A stretch of DNA of 64,000 nucleotides, taken from assembly GCA_025450035.1 (NCBI GenBank), contig JANWIF010000012.1:7317-71316 (forward strand), in the 5' to 3' direction. Numbering within the stretch: position 1 is the first letter of the stretch; each line of letters opens with the position of its first letter. Source of the DNA: Gemmatimonadaceae bacterium (lineage in GTDB: Bacteria; Gemmatimonadota; Gemmatimonadetes; Gemmatimonadales; Gemmatimonadaceae). Position numbers and translations under genes: made by a program. Below the pieces are notes generated by a model, which saw only the letters and a program-made list of their open reading frames with translations, was not told the DNA's origin and searched no databases. This document shows, piece after piece, positions 9,516 through 18,732 of this stretch.

Positions 9516-11570
9516 TCAGCGCATCCCGATCGGACCCCACGCCCAGAGCGCCCACGCTGCGGCAGTCGTGGCGCCGGGTTGCGTGCCATCGATGAAATAC
9601 TCGGTATAGCGCTGGTCGGGGGGCGTGCTGTCGTTCGCCGGCGTGCCGAGCGCCCGATCCAACTCGGCGGTAGCGACGCCGGCCGGAACATCGTTCCACG
9701 TGTCGCTCGGACTGCTGGCCTGGTAGTACCGGGCGATCATGTCCCCCCAGATCGGCGCGGCGAGCGTGCCGCCCGCCGCGCCGGCCACGATGGACTGGGG
9801 CCGATCGAAGCCTAACCACACACCGGCCACCAGATCGGGCGTCATGCCCACAAACCAGACATCCGTATTGTCGTTCGTCGTCCCCGTCTTGCCGGCCACC
9901 GGGATGCTATCGGGCACCCATTTGCGCACCGACGTAGCCGTGCCACGAGTGACTACGTCGCGCATCATGTCGCGCACGATGAACGCGACGCGCGGATCGA
10001 GCACGAAGCGCGGCGCGTTGGTCGGCGGCACCCACACGGGTCGCCCCGCGCGGTCGTCGATGCGATTCACATAGCGGGGCTCCACCACCGCGCCCAGGTT
10101 CGCGAACACCGTGTACGCTGCCACCAGATCGATCGGCCGCACCGCGCTCGCGCCGATGGCGCTCGACGGATACGGCGCGATGGGCGAGTCGATGCCGAGT
10201 CGTTTGGCCAGCGCGGCCACCGAGTCCATGCCCACGCGCATCCCGAGCTGCACGGCAACGGTGTTCCGCGACCGCACGAGCGCCTCGCGCATCGTGAGTG
10301 GGCCCTCGAACTGCCCGTCGGCGTTGTCGGGACGATAGATCGTTCCGTTAGGCAATGGGATCGCGAGAGCGGTGTCGGAGATCAGCATGTTGGGCGGCAG
10401 GCTGTCGCGAAGCGCCTGCGCGTACAGGATGGGTTTGAACGCCGAGCCCGGCTGCCGGAGGGCGTTCACGGCACGGTCGAACGGCGACGCCGCGTAGTCG
10501 CGCCCGCCAACCAGCGCGAGCACGTCGCCGGTGTGCGGATCGAGCACCACGACCATGCCTTGCAGGTACGCGGTGCTTCCCTTGGCCCGCTTCGCAAACG
10601 TCTCGTGCCCGTACCCCCGCCGCGCCTCCACGCGATCGATGCCGCTGTCGAGCGCCTGCGAGGCATCGCGCTGCAGATCCGGATCGATCGTGGTGATGAT
10701 CCGATAACCGCCGTTCATTACCGGGATGCCGGCATGCTCGGCTTCCTCCCGCACCAGGTCCACCACGTACGGCGCCGCCGTGGGCATCCCGGCGTCGGGA
10801 GCGGTGACCACCGAGTCTCTCGACGCGCCCGCCGCGTCTGCCGCGCTGATGTATCCCTGGTCCGCCATCAGCGACAGCACCAGGTTGCGACGGCCGCGCG
10901 CACGATCGGGATGGCGAATGGGATCGTAGATGGCCGGCCCTTTGGGCAGTGCCGCCAGTGTTGCCGCCTCGGCGAGCGTGAGTTGTGGGGCCTGCTTGCC
11001 GAAATAGTGGCGGGCTGCCTCCTCGATGCCGTACCAGCCGTGCCCGAAATCGATGTCGTTCAGGTACGCCTCGAGGATCTGCTGTTTGTTGTAGTGCCGC
11101 TCCATCTCACGCGCCGCCGCTTGCTCGCGAAGCTTGCGACCAATACTGCGGTCGCTCCGATCGATCAGGTCGGGGTGCATGTTGCCGACGAGCTGCTGCG
11201 TGATCGTGCTCGCGCCTCGCGCGTGGCCGCGCAACGCATCTTTGAGCGCGGCGGCAACTCCCACCACGTCCACGCCATCGTGCTGGTAAAAGCGCTGGTC
11301 TTCGATCGAGATGAATGCCTGGCCGACATACTTGGGCAGCGAGCGGAGCGACACGCTGGTGCGCATCTCCCGACCAATCTCGCCGATGAGCGATGTCCCG
11401 TCGCGCGCGAGCACGAGGCTCGACTGCGCCGGCTGGACGATCTGCCACGCGGCACCTGTCCCGCTGCCGCTCTGGGCGGCAAGCGGGACCGCCACCATGA
11501 CGCCCAGCGCCAGCACCACCGCCCGGCCGCGATACCGCAGCCGGCGCCCCACCGCGCCAGTCACACCCAT
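9516..11570 (-). CDS. mrcA: Penicillin-binding protein 1A (bifunctional transglycosylase/transpeptidase)
   Basis: GT51 motifs (SIEDQRFYQHDGVD, RKLREQ) and transpeptidase motifs SAFK, SRN and KTGTT. N-terminal TM AVVLALGVMVAVPLAA. Start taken at ATG 11570; the longer ORF to 12101 overlaps nadE on the opposite strand. Confidence 0.9.
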   Translation of the reverse strand: MGVTGAVGRRLRYRGRAVVLALGVMVAVPLAAQSGSGTGAAWQIVQPAQSSLVLARDGTSLIGEIGREMRTSVSLRSLPKYVGQAFISIEDQRFYQHDGVDVVGVAAALKDALRGHARGASTITQQLVGNMHPDLIDRSDRSIGRKLREQAAAREMERHYNKQQILEAYLNDIDFGHGWYGIEEAARHYFGKQAPQLTLAEAATLAALPKGPAIYDPIRHPDRARGRRNLVLSLMADQGYISAADAAGASRDSVVTAPDAGMPTAAPYVVDLVREEAEHAGIPVMNGGYRIITTIDPDLQRDASQALDSGIDRVEARRGYGHETFAKRAKGSTAYLQGMVVVLDPHTGDVLALVGGRDYAASPFDRAVNALRQPGSAFKPILYAQALRDSLPPNMLISDTALAIPLPNGTIYRPDNADGQFEGPLTMREALVRSRNTVAVQLGMRVGMDSVAALAKRLGIDSPIAPYPSSAIGASAVRPIDLVAAYTVFANLGAVVEPRYVNRIDDRAGRPVWVPPTNAPRFVLDPRVAFIVRDMMRDVVTRGTATSVRKWVPDSIPVAGKTGTTNDNTDVWFVGMTPDLVAGVWLGFDRPQSIVAGAAGGTLAAPIWGDMIARYYQASSPSDTWNDVPAGVATAELDRALGTPANDSTPPDQRYTEYFIDGTQPGATTAAAWALWAWGPIGMR

Positions 11571-11747
11571 GTCGTTCACGAAAGCTTCATCCCGTCTCAA
11601 AATTCGACGCCGTCTGTCCAGCTTGTGATACCCGTCCCTGCCTCGAAAGACACACGAGCCAGGGACCGCCAAGATAACCGGGCCCTTTGGAATTTCTGTG
11701 ACATTGCTCCGCCGAGCCCGTCGCGCCACCTTTTCCTCATGCCTCCG

Positions 11748-13571
11748 ACCATCCATGTCGCTACCGTCCAGCTCGCCCCAAAAAAGGGCGACTACCACGC
11801 AAATCTCACGCGCCTGAGCGCGCTGTTCGCCCAACTGGACGCACTCGTGCCCCGCCCGCAGGTGCTGCACCTCCCCGAGACGGCGCTGACCGGATATTTC
11901 CTGGAAGGCGGTGTACGCGAGTTGGCGATCACCGCTGGCTCGCAGGCCGCGGATCTGCAGCGCATCTATCGCGCCGCTGTACCGGGTGACCACACGCTCG
12001 AGATCGCCCTCGGCTTCTACGAGCGGTGGAACAACACGCTGTACAACAGCGCGATGTGGGTGCGTGTGGGTGGAGACGCGCCGCTCGTTCGACACGTGCA
12101 CCGGAAGAATTTCCTACCCACATACGGGTTGTTCGACGAAGAGCGCTTCGTCGAGCGCGGTCAATCGTTCCGCGCGTTCGACACGCCATGGGGGCGGTGT
12201 GCGGTGTTGATCTGCGAGGACGCGTGGCACAGCCTCACCGGAACACTGCTCGCGCTGGACGGGGCCCGTGCGATCTTTATCTGCTCGGCGGCTCCGGCGC
12301 GCGGGCCGTGGCCGCGCGAGGATGGAATTCCCGGCCCGTCGAGCGTCGCGCGCTGGGAGCGTCTGGTCCGCGACATCGCCGAGGAGCACGGCGTGTACGT
12401 GTCGTTCGCCAACCTGGCGACGAACGAGGCCGGCAAATCGTTCCCTGGCGGCGCGTTGGTGGCCGGCCCCAAGGGCGACGTCCGCGTCCGCGGCCCGCTG
12501 TGGCGTGAAGCGATCCTCCCCGTGTCGTTCGACCTGGATGATCTCACCCGCGCACGCAGCGACATGCCGCTGTTGGCCGATCTACGTACCGCGATCCCGC
12601 ATCTCATCGAGACGCTGGGGCACATCCGGGCCAACGATCCGACGCCGGCAGTGTTCGACCCCGACGAATCGGCGGCACCGCATTCCCCGGACGCATCGGC
12701 GCCGCCGGCACGGGGCGGAGCCGTCGATGTGGTGCGCGGCCCCGACGCCGCCGGCGCGCCCCCGCCGTTGGACATCGACCCCGAGCTCCTGGAGCAGTGG
12801 CTGCGCGTGTTCCTGCGCGATGAAGTGACCGCGCGCGGATTCCGGACGGGGATCGTCGCGCTGTCTGGAGGTGTGGATTCCGCCGTCACCGCCTACCTGG
12901 CGGCTCATGCGTTAGGTAAAGAGAACGTCGTGGGCGTGCGCCTGCCTTATCGCGCGTCGAGCCCCGACAGTCTGGACCACGCGCAGCTGGTGATTGATGC
13001 GTTAGGCATCGAGTCGCGGACGATCGACATCAGCCCCGCCGTGGATGGCTATCTCATCAACGAGGCCGACGCCGACGCCACGCGCCGCGGCACCGTGATG
13101 GCCCGGATGCGTATGATCGCGCTCTTCGATCTCTCGGCACGCTACCACGCGTTGCCGCTTGGCACGGGGAACAAGACCGAACGGTTGCTCGGCTATTTCA
13201 CCTGGCACGCCGACGATTCCCCGCCGCTCAACCCACTCGGCGATCTGTACAAGACCCAGGTCTGGGCGTTCGCGCGCCATCTTGGCATCCCGCACCAGGT
13301 CATCGACAAGCCGGCAACCGCCGATCTGGTCGCCGGACAGACTGACGAGGGCGACCTCGGCATCTCGTACCAGAAGGCCGACCTGATCCTCCACTGGCTC
13401 CTGCACGGCTACACGCGTGACGAGTTGGTCGCGCGCGGCGTCGTGCGCGCCGAGGTGGACCTGATCTACCAGCGCCTCGAGCGCACCCACTGGAAGCGGC
13501 GACTGCCCACGGTAGCGATCGTGAGCTCGACGGCGATCGGGGAGAGCTACTTGAGGCCGGTCGACGGGTAG
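11748..13571 (+). CDS. nadE: Glutamine-dependent NAD+ synthetase (CN-hydrolase domain + NAD synthetase domain)
   Basis: Nitrilase-like catalytic region (LHLPETALTGY, VLICEDAWH) and PP-loop SGGVDS. ATG 11748; the ORF-track extension from 10533 is antisense to the PBP gene. Confidence 0.93.
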   Translation, partial: TIHVATVQLAPKKGDYHANLTRLSALFAQLDALVPRPQVLHLPETALTGYFLEGGVRELAITAGSQAADLQRIYRAAVPGDHTLEIALGFYERWNNTLYNSAMWVRVGGDAPLVRHVHRKNFLPTYGLFDEERFVERGQSFRAFDTPWGRCAVLICEDAWHSLTGTLLALDGARAIFICSAAPARGPWPREDGIPGPSSVARWERLVRDIAEEHGVYVSFANLATNEAGKSFPGGALVAGPKGDVRVRGPLWREAILPVSFDLDDLTRARSDMPLLADLRTAIPHLIETLGHIRANDPTPAVFDPDESAAPHSPDASAPPARGGAVDVVRGPDAAGAPPPLDIDPELLEQWLRVFLRDEVTARGFRTGIVALSGGVDSAVTAYLAAHALGKENVVGVRLPYRASSPDSLDHAQLVIDALGIESRTIDISPAVDGYLINEADADATRRGTVMARMRMIALFDLSARYHALPLGTGNKTERLLGYFTWHADDSPPLNPLGDLYKTQVWAFARHLGIPHQVIDKPATADLVAGQTDEGDLGISYQKADLILHWLLHGYTRDELVARGVVRAEVDLIYQRLERTHWKRRLPTVAIVSSTAIGESYLRPVDG

Positions 13572-13612
13572 CGTGAACCGGATCACAAATCCGGGTCATC
13601 ACGACGGGCGAT

Positions 13613-13806
13613 CGCCGTGGGGAGTAGTGTGATAGGGGCGCACGTGGGTCGACTCCCGCCACTCGCGCCTCCCTGGTGTCCCGACCCTCACCGTCCGGGG
13701 AGATCACACGGTCGTTGTTCTCCGACGCTCCCGCTCCCCACGCTCCCGCCACGTGCCACGTGCGTCTCTATTCCACTACTCGCCGCGACGGCACCGGGCC
13801 GTGCTA
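13613..13806. repeat. Family B repeats: an inverted partial copy (13613-13660) and a full copy (13738-13806+) forming a long-range inverted repeat
   Basis: 13613-13650 matches the reverse complement of 13755-13790 at about 29/36 positions. 13739-13770 matches 2700-2731 at 29/32. Confidence 0.5.
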
Positions 13807-14256
13807 CCACAATGCGGGATGCGGTCCACTGAGTTCCAGTACCACTCGCGCCCTCCCCACCTCCACCTCCACTTCCACTTGCGTCGACGTCACGGCGTAC
13901 TGGGTGGGTCCACCGGGGGCGGGGGGCGAGAGTGTGAACTGCGAATCGGGGCCGAGGAGTCGGGGGAGCACGTTACCGCAGATCACGTTCGCCATCTCGC
14001 CCAACGCATCCCAGCGCCAGGGCGCGGCGTCGGGACCTTCCAGGCCCAGCATGTTCTCGGCGAGCGCGCGGAAGATGTTGTCACAGACGCGCAGCGTTAG
14101 GCGACCGGAACGCGGGCCGGTGAACGTGACGCAGACAGCGGCCGGAAGCGCGGCGGGATCGGACGGGAGTTCGACGGGCGCGCCCACGCAGAGGAGGCCG
14201 AGCTCCTCGAACGACACGGTGGCCGCCTCGCGCAGCGCGGTCGCGTTATCGATCAT
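13804..14256 (-). CDS. cheX: CheX-like chemotaxis phosphatase (CheC/CheX/FliY superfamily)
   Basis: CheX-like pattern (..VTFTGPRSGRLTLRV.., LGEMANVICGNVL). It is the last gene of the che operon and overlaps the cheY stop by 11 nt. Start taken at ATG 14256. Confidence 0.65.
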   Translation of the reverse strand: MIDNATALREAATVSFEELGLLCVGAPVELPSDPAALPAAVCVTFTGPRSGRLTLRVCDNIFRALAENMLGLEGPDAAPWRWDALGEMANVICGNVLPRLLGPDSQFTLSPPAPGGPTQYAVTSTQVEVEVEVGRARVVLELSGPHPALW

Positions 14257-14698
14257 CGGATTCCTCGCCCAACACCCGCAGCACCGCGTCGCGCAGTTCC
14301 TCGGGCGCGAAGGGCTTGTGGAGAAACCCATGACCTAACCGGAGCACCTCCGCTGCCCGCGCGTCACTGCCATCCGATGACACGACGATCACCGCCGGAC
14401 GGGCGCCGGCCCCCCGCGGGCGGCCGCGCGCCGGCCGGCGCGACCGCGCCAGCATCTCCAATCCGTCGAGCGCCGGCATGTTGATGTCGACGAGGGCCAG
14501 CTCGATGCGGCCGCGCGTCAGAATGCGCAATCCGGTCGCACCGTCGGCCGCCTCGTGCACATCACCGAGCGGCAACCCGGTGAGGCGCAAAGTCCGGATG
14601 ATCATGGCACGCATCACCGCGCTGTCGTCCGCCACCAGGACCGTCATCGGCCGGCGGGCGTCCCCGCTCTGCCGCGCCCGCGTCGCTCGCTGAATCAT
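14246..14698 (-). CDS. cheY: CheY-like single-domain response regulator
   Basis: Motifs VLVADDS, LALVDINMP, VVSS and HKPF. ATGA overlap with the cheD stop. Confidence 0.85.
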   Translation of the reverse strand: MIQRATRARQSGDARRPMTVLVADDSAVMRAMIIRTLRLTGLPLGDVHEAADGATGLRILTRGRIELALVDINMPALDGLEMLARSRRPARGRPRGAGARPAVIVVSSDGSDARAAEVLRLGHGFLHKPFAPEELRDAVLRVLGEESDDR

Positions 14699-15198
14699 AA
14701 CTCACCCTCCCGGTCGCCAGACTTGAGCCACACGCGGCCGGTCGCGATGTCCAACGACACCGTGCGCCAGACGCGGACACCGCCCACGTCGTGTGCATGA
14801 ATGAGCACGCCGTTCTTCCAGAGCAGCTTGCGCAGCACGATCAGGTTGCGTTTCCCGATCTGGAATCCATCCGCATCCACGTCACCGGCAGACGCGCCGC
14901 CCACGACAGCCAGGCGCAGGCGTTCCTTGCGGGCGCCGAGCCGGTAGCAGTCGCGAAACAGCGCCGGCACGGCCGTGTCGACGTAGGTGAGCGGCCGCTC
15001 GTGCGCCCTGGCGGGGTCCGCCGACGACGAGGGAAGCGGCACGTGCAGCAACCCGCCCACGCCGGCGATGGGGTCGAACACCGACACTCCGAGACAGCTG
15101 CCTAACGCATGGGCGACCAGACGGTCGCCCGCCAGGTTCGAGACGCACAGGTCGCCTAAGCCCACGACGCGCTCTCGCGTCGCCCCCGTGATGGTCAT
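14695..15198 (-). CDS. cheD: Chemoreceptor glutamine deamidase CheD
   Basis: CheD family motifs GLGDLCVS, ALGSCLGVSVFDP and GGLLHVPLP. Confidence 0.9.
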   Translation of the reverse strand: MTITGATRERVVGLGDLCVSNLAGDRLVAHALGSCLGVSVFDPIAGVGGLLHVPLPSSSADPARAHERPLTYVDTAVPALFRDCYRLGARKERLRLAVVGGASAGDVDADGFQIGKRNLIVLRKLLWKNGVLIHAHDVGGVRVWRTVSLDIATGRVWLKSGDREGEL

Positions 15199-15199
15199 G

Positions 15200-16081
15200 C
15201 TAGCGGACGTAGACGGCGGGTTGCACGTACCGCAAGCCGTGCGTCATCGCGCCCAAACTTTCCGAGTGGCCCACGAACAGATGCCCGCCCGGCGCGAGCA
15301 GCGCCCAGAAGCGTTCGATCAGCCGCTGCCGGACGGGTGCATCGAAGTAGATCATCACGTTGCGACAGAAGATCGCGTCGAACGGGCCGCGGAGCGGCCA
15401 CTCGCGCATCAGGTTGAGCCGCGCGAACCGCACGATGGCGCGCAGGTCCGCGCGCACCACGAACCGGTCGCCGTTGGGCCGCGCGTCAAACATGCGCCGG
15501 CGCAGTAGCGCCGGTACGGCGGTCAGTGCCCGCGCGCTGTACGTCGCCGCGCGTGCTTTCTCCAGAACGCGCGACGACACGTCGGTGGCCAGGATACGCG
15601 CCCCGGCATACCGGTCGGCGGGCAGATGCTCGCGCAACAACACGGCGAGCGTGAACGGCTCCTCGCCGGTCGAACATCCTGCGCTCCATACGCGAACGGG
15701 TCGCGTACCCGCAGCCAGCGCGGGGAGCAGCACATCGCGCATATACTCGAAGTGCGCCGGCTCGCGAACGAACGCGGTCTGGTTCGGGGTGAGCGCATCC
15801 ACGAGCGTACCGAGTTCCGCGTAGCGTCCCGCCGCGACGTCTCGCTCCACTGCGTCGAGGTACGCGCCAAAGCTCGGTGTTCCGGCGTCCATCACTCGGC
15901 GACCGAGTCGCGAGCGGACGAGCTCTTCCTTGCCCTGCCTTAGACGAATGCCACAGGAGCCATAGAGGAGCGCGCGCAGACGGCGGAACTCGTGCGGGCG
16001 AAGCGCGGGAATCAGTGCAGCGACGAGCGCGACCGGAGCATCCGCCGCTGCGGAATCAGAACTCCTCGAGAACGTCGTCAT
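15200..16081 (-). CDS. cheR: Chemotaxis protein methyltransferase CheR
   Basis: CheR N-domain ([17 protein letters not shown]) and SAM-binding motifs [16 protein letters not shown] and [14 protein letters not shown] 16081 overlaps the MCP 3' end by 26 nt. Confidence 0.9.
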   Translation of the reverse strand: MTTFSRSSDSAAADAPVALVAALIPALRPHEFRRLRALLYGSCGIRLRQGKEELVRSRLGRRVMDAGTPSFGAYLDAVERDVAAGRYAELGTLVDALTPNQTAFVREPAHFEYMRDVLLPALAAGTRPVRVWSAGCSTGEEPFTLAVLLREHLPADRYAGARILATDVSSRVLEKARAATYSARALTAVPALLRRRMFDARPNGDRFVVRADLRAIVRFARLNLMREWPLRGPFDAIFCRNVMIYFDAPVRQRLIERFWALLAPGGHLFVGHSESLGAMTHGLRYVQPAVYVR

Positions 16082-18188
16082 CGCCCTCGTCGAACGGGAG
16101 ACGGGCGGTGGGTTGCGGCGGCGTCGAGACGGCACCCGACACTCGACGGCCGCCACCGTTCCCCGGGTCCAGCGGCCGGATGGGCGATGGACCGGCGGGC
16201 ACTCCTCGGTTAGGCGAGCGAGGCGCTCCGCGAGACGCCTCGCGCCGCGGCGACGCAGCCATCGACGCGAGCTGGAAGTGCCCAACCAGCGCCTCCAACT
16301 TCTCCGCCTGCCCCGACAGTTCCTCGGCCGCGCTCGCCGACTCCTCCGCGTTCGCCGCGGTCTGTTGCGTGACCGAGTTCATCTGCTCGACACCGGTCGC
16401 GATCTGTTCGATGCCCTGACTCTGCTGTTCCGAGCCGGCGGCGATCTCCGCCATGGCCACGCTCACCTTGTTCACGTGATCGGTGATGTCGGTGAAGCTC
16501 GTCATCACTTCGCGATTGATGGCCACGCCGCTCTCCGCATTCTTGATCGATTCCTCGATCAACGCCGCGGTACTCTTGGCCGCCTCGGCGCTGCGCATGG
16601 CCAGGCTGCGCACCTCCTCGGCCACAACGGCGAAGCCGCGGCCCGCGTCCCCAGCGCGCGCCGCTTCGACCGCCGCGTTGAGGGCCAGCAAGTTCGTCTG
16701 GAACGCGATCTCGTCGATAGTCTTGACGATGCGCGCCGTGGCCGACGACGCGTTCGTGATGCGATCGGTGGCATCGGCCAGGCGCTTCATGCTCTGCGCG
16801 CCCCGCGCTGCGCTCGCGCGCGCCGATTCGCTCATCTGCGTGGCGTCGCGCGCGCTGATCGCGTTCTGGCGGGTCATCGAGCCCATCTCCTGGAGGCTGC
16901 TGGAGACTTCCTCGAGCGAGCTCGCTTGTTCCGCGGCGCCGTGGGCCAGCAGCTGACTCCCCGCGCTCACCTGTCCCGACCCCGCCGCCACCTGCTCGGC
17001 CGCCATCGCCACTTCCGCCAGCGCTTCATCCAGTTGGCCTAACGCCTTGTTGAGCGCCTGCTTGATACGCGCATGCTCGCCGCGGTACTCGCCACGCATC
17101 CGGGCTCGCAGGTCGCGTGCGGCAACGCGATCGAGCACCGCCGCCGCCTCGTGCACCGGCGCGGTGACCGCATCCAGTGTTTCGTTGAAGCCCGCCACCA
17201 GATCGTGGAACGCCCCGCGATAGGCCGCCGCATCTCCGCGGCGCGTGAGGTCGCCGGCTTTGGCGGCATCGATCAGCGCGCGCACTTCGCGGGTGAGGCC
17301 GGCGAGGGCGTCGACCATCTCCTGGAACGAATGACTCAACACGTCGTGATCGCCGCGCGGCGACACCGCGGCGCTGATGTCGCCGGCGCCGAGGTGTCGC
17401 GCGACATTCGCAAATTCGCGTTGCGCCTCGATGATCCGGCGCAGCCCCTGGGCGAGATCGCCCATCTCATCGTGCGAAGTGATCCACACTTCGACCTCCA
17501 CTTCACCCTTGGCGATGAGATCCATCTTCGTGCATAGCTCCGACACCGGCCAATTCACCCCGCGCTCGAGGATGAACGCCGCGATAAGCGTGGCCAGCAC
17601 GATGGCCAGCGTGCCCCAGAGGAGCGCACGTTCCGCCACCGCGTCGCGCTCCGCGCTCGCCGCGCGCGTCGCCGCCAGCGTCACCCGCTCGCGCACAATG
17701 CCGGTGGCGATCAGTTGACGCATGTCATCGAGCTGCTTCTGTTCGCCCACTGCCGTGCCGTCGTTCGCAACCGCAGCGCGACGCGCACGGAGTGCCGGCG
17801 CCAAGACGCCATCGTGCATGGCGATGCCGCGCTGGCGGAGCTCCTCCCACCGATCGTGCTGCATCGCATCGCCGGCCGAGAGCGCCAGGAGCGAATCGAC
17901 CCGCACGCGGAACGTCGCCCATCCGGCGTCGAACTCCTGCTGCGCCGCATCGCTCGCGGTGAGCATCGTGCCGCGATAGCCGTTCTCCATGGTGAGCAGC
18001 GACGCCATCGCCTCGTTGGCGCCATCGATCACGCCGGACACGTGCTGCGTCTCGACGCGAGAGCGCACCCCGGCGGCGATCGAGCGATCGGTGAGGACAC
18101 TCTGCGTCAGCACGACGCTGAATACGGCGCTGAATGCCACCATCAGCTTCCAGCGCATGCGCAGGTTGTAGAACCAGTTCATCGTCAT
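16056..18188 (-). CDS. Methyl-accepting chemotaxis protein (CHASE3-like periplasmic domain, HAMP, MA domain)
   Basis: Signalling hairpin [35 protein letters not shown] and N-terminal [17 protein letters not shown]. Start is ATG 18188 or 18182. Confidence 0.92.
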   Translation of the reverse strand: MTMNWFYNLRMRWKLMVAFSAVFSVVLTQSVLTDRSIAAGVRSRVETQHVSGVIDGANEAMASLLTMENGYRGTMLTASDAAQQEFDAGWATFRVRVDSLLALSAGDAMQHDRWEELRQRGIAMHDGVLAPALRARRAAVANDGTAVGEQKQLDDMRQLIATGIVRERVTLAATRAASAERDAVAERALLWGTLAIVLATLIAAFILERGVNWPVSELCTKMDLIAKGEVEVEVWITSHDEMGDLAQGLRRIIEAQREFANVARHLGAGDISAAVSPRGDHDVLSHSFQEMVDALAGLTREVRALIDAAKAGDLTRRGDAAAYRGAFHDLVAGFNETLDAVTAPVHEAAAVLDRVAARDLRARMRGEYRGEHARIKQALNKALGQLDEALAEVAMAAEQVAAGSGQVSAGSQLLAHGAAEQASSLEEVSSSLQEMGSMTRQNAISARDATQMSESARASAARGAQSMKRLADATDRITNASSATARIVKTIDEIAFQTNLLALNAAVEAARAGDAGRGFAVVAEEVRSLAMRSAEAAKSTAALIEESIKNAESGVAINREVMTSFTDITDHVNKVSVAMAEIAAGSEQQSQGIEQIATGVEQMNSVTQQTAANAEESASAAEELSGQAEKLEALVGHFQLASMAASPRREASRGAPRSPNRGVPAGPSPIRPLDPGNGGGRRVSGAVSTPPQPTARLPFDEGDDDVLEEF

Positions 18189-18228
18189 GACCGTCGTTCC
18201 GAGCTTGAGGTGAATGGCATCGTATCGG

Positions 18229-18732
18229 TTAGGCGACGCCCGGAGATGTAGCGCCGGACGAGGGGTCGGATGGTGCGGCATCGTGTGCGGCGAGTTCGCG
18301 CACGCCAAGGACGCGGTCGATGTCGAGCAGCAGCCGCACCCGCGCGGCTGTATTGGCGATGCCTATCAGGTAGTCGGTGTGCGCGCCGGCGCCCAGGGTG
18401 GGCGGCGGTTCGATCTGGCCATCGGCGATATCGGCCACTTCGGACACCTGGTCCACCAGCAGGCCAACGTGCGCGTCGTTCGCGCGGACGACGATGATGC
18501 AGCTGCGGGGGCCGGGGTCGGCCGGCGCCATGTCGAACCGAAGGCGCAGATCCACAATCGAGATCACCCGGCCGCGCAGATTCACCACCCCGCGGACGAA
18601 CGGCGACGTGCGGGGGACGCGCGTGATCGGCAGCACGCCGATGATCTCGTGGACCCGGAGAATCTCGATGCCGAATTCCTCGGCACCGAGATAGAAGGTC
18701 AGGTATTTGCCGGCGGCGGCGGACGTGGTCAT
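18229..18732 (-). CDS. cheW: Chemotaxis coupling protein CheW
   Basis: CheW-like domain ([37 protein letters not shown]). ATGA overlap with the cheA stop. Confidence 0.92.
   Translation of the reverse strand: MTTSAAAGKYLTFYLGAEEFGIEILRVHEIIGVLPITRVPRTSPFVRGVVNLRGRVISIVDLRLRFDMAPADPGPRSCIIVVRANDAHVGLLVDQVSEVADIADGQIEPPPTLGAGAHTDYLIGIANTAARVRLLLDIDRVLGVRELAAHDAAPSDPSSGATSPGVA

Noticed and set aside
10533-11747. N-terminal extensions of ORF-track entries: nadE from 10533, cheW from 19488, HNH from 22563, PBP1A from 12101, M16B from 46060, pqqD from 42992, DPP-IV from 56665, cheR from 16285.
   Set aside because: The extensions run through neighbouring genes on the other strand or frame and lack family similarity. 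Internal ATG/GTG starts that coincide with stop-start overlaps, signal peptides or family N-termini were used instead.
13617-13665. tRNA-like look of GGGGAGTAGTGTGATAGGGGCGCACGTGGGTCGACTCCCGCC (GGGTCGACTCC resembles a T-loop).
   Set aside because: No complementary T-stem, no acceptor-stem pairing, and no D arm or anticodon arm could be drawn. It aligns instead as an inverted copy of the family B repeat.
13855-13880. Short tandem CTCCAC repeats, considered as a possible microsatellite or CRISPR-like array.
   Set aside because: Only about four 6-nt units, lying inside cheX where they encode (VE)n. No spacers or longer repeats are present. No CRISPR array was seen anywhere in the window.
16056-16073. 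MCP C-terminus ..DVLEEF as a CheR/CheB-tethering pentapeptide (NWETF-like).
   Set aside because: It lacks the conserved Trp. Only the terminal acidic residues plus Phe resemble the motif, so I cannot support the call.
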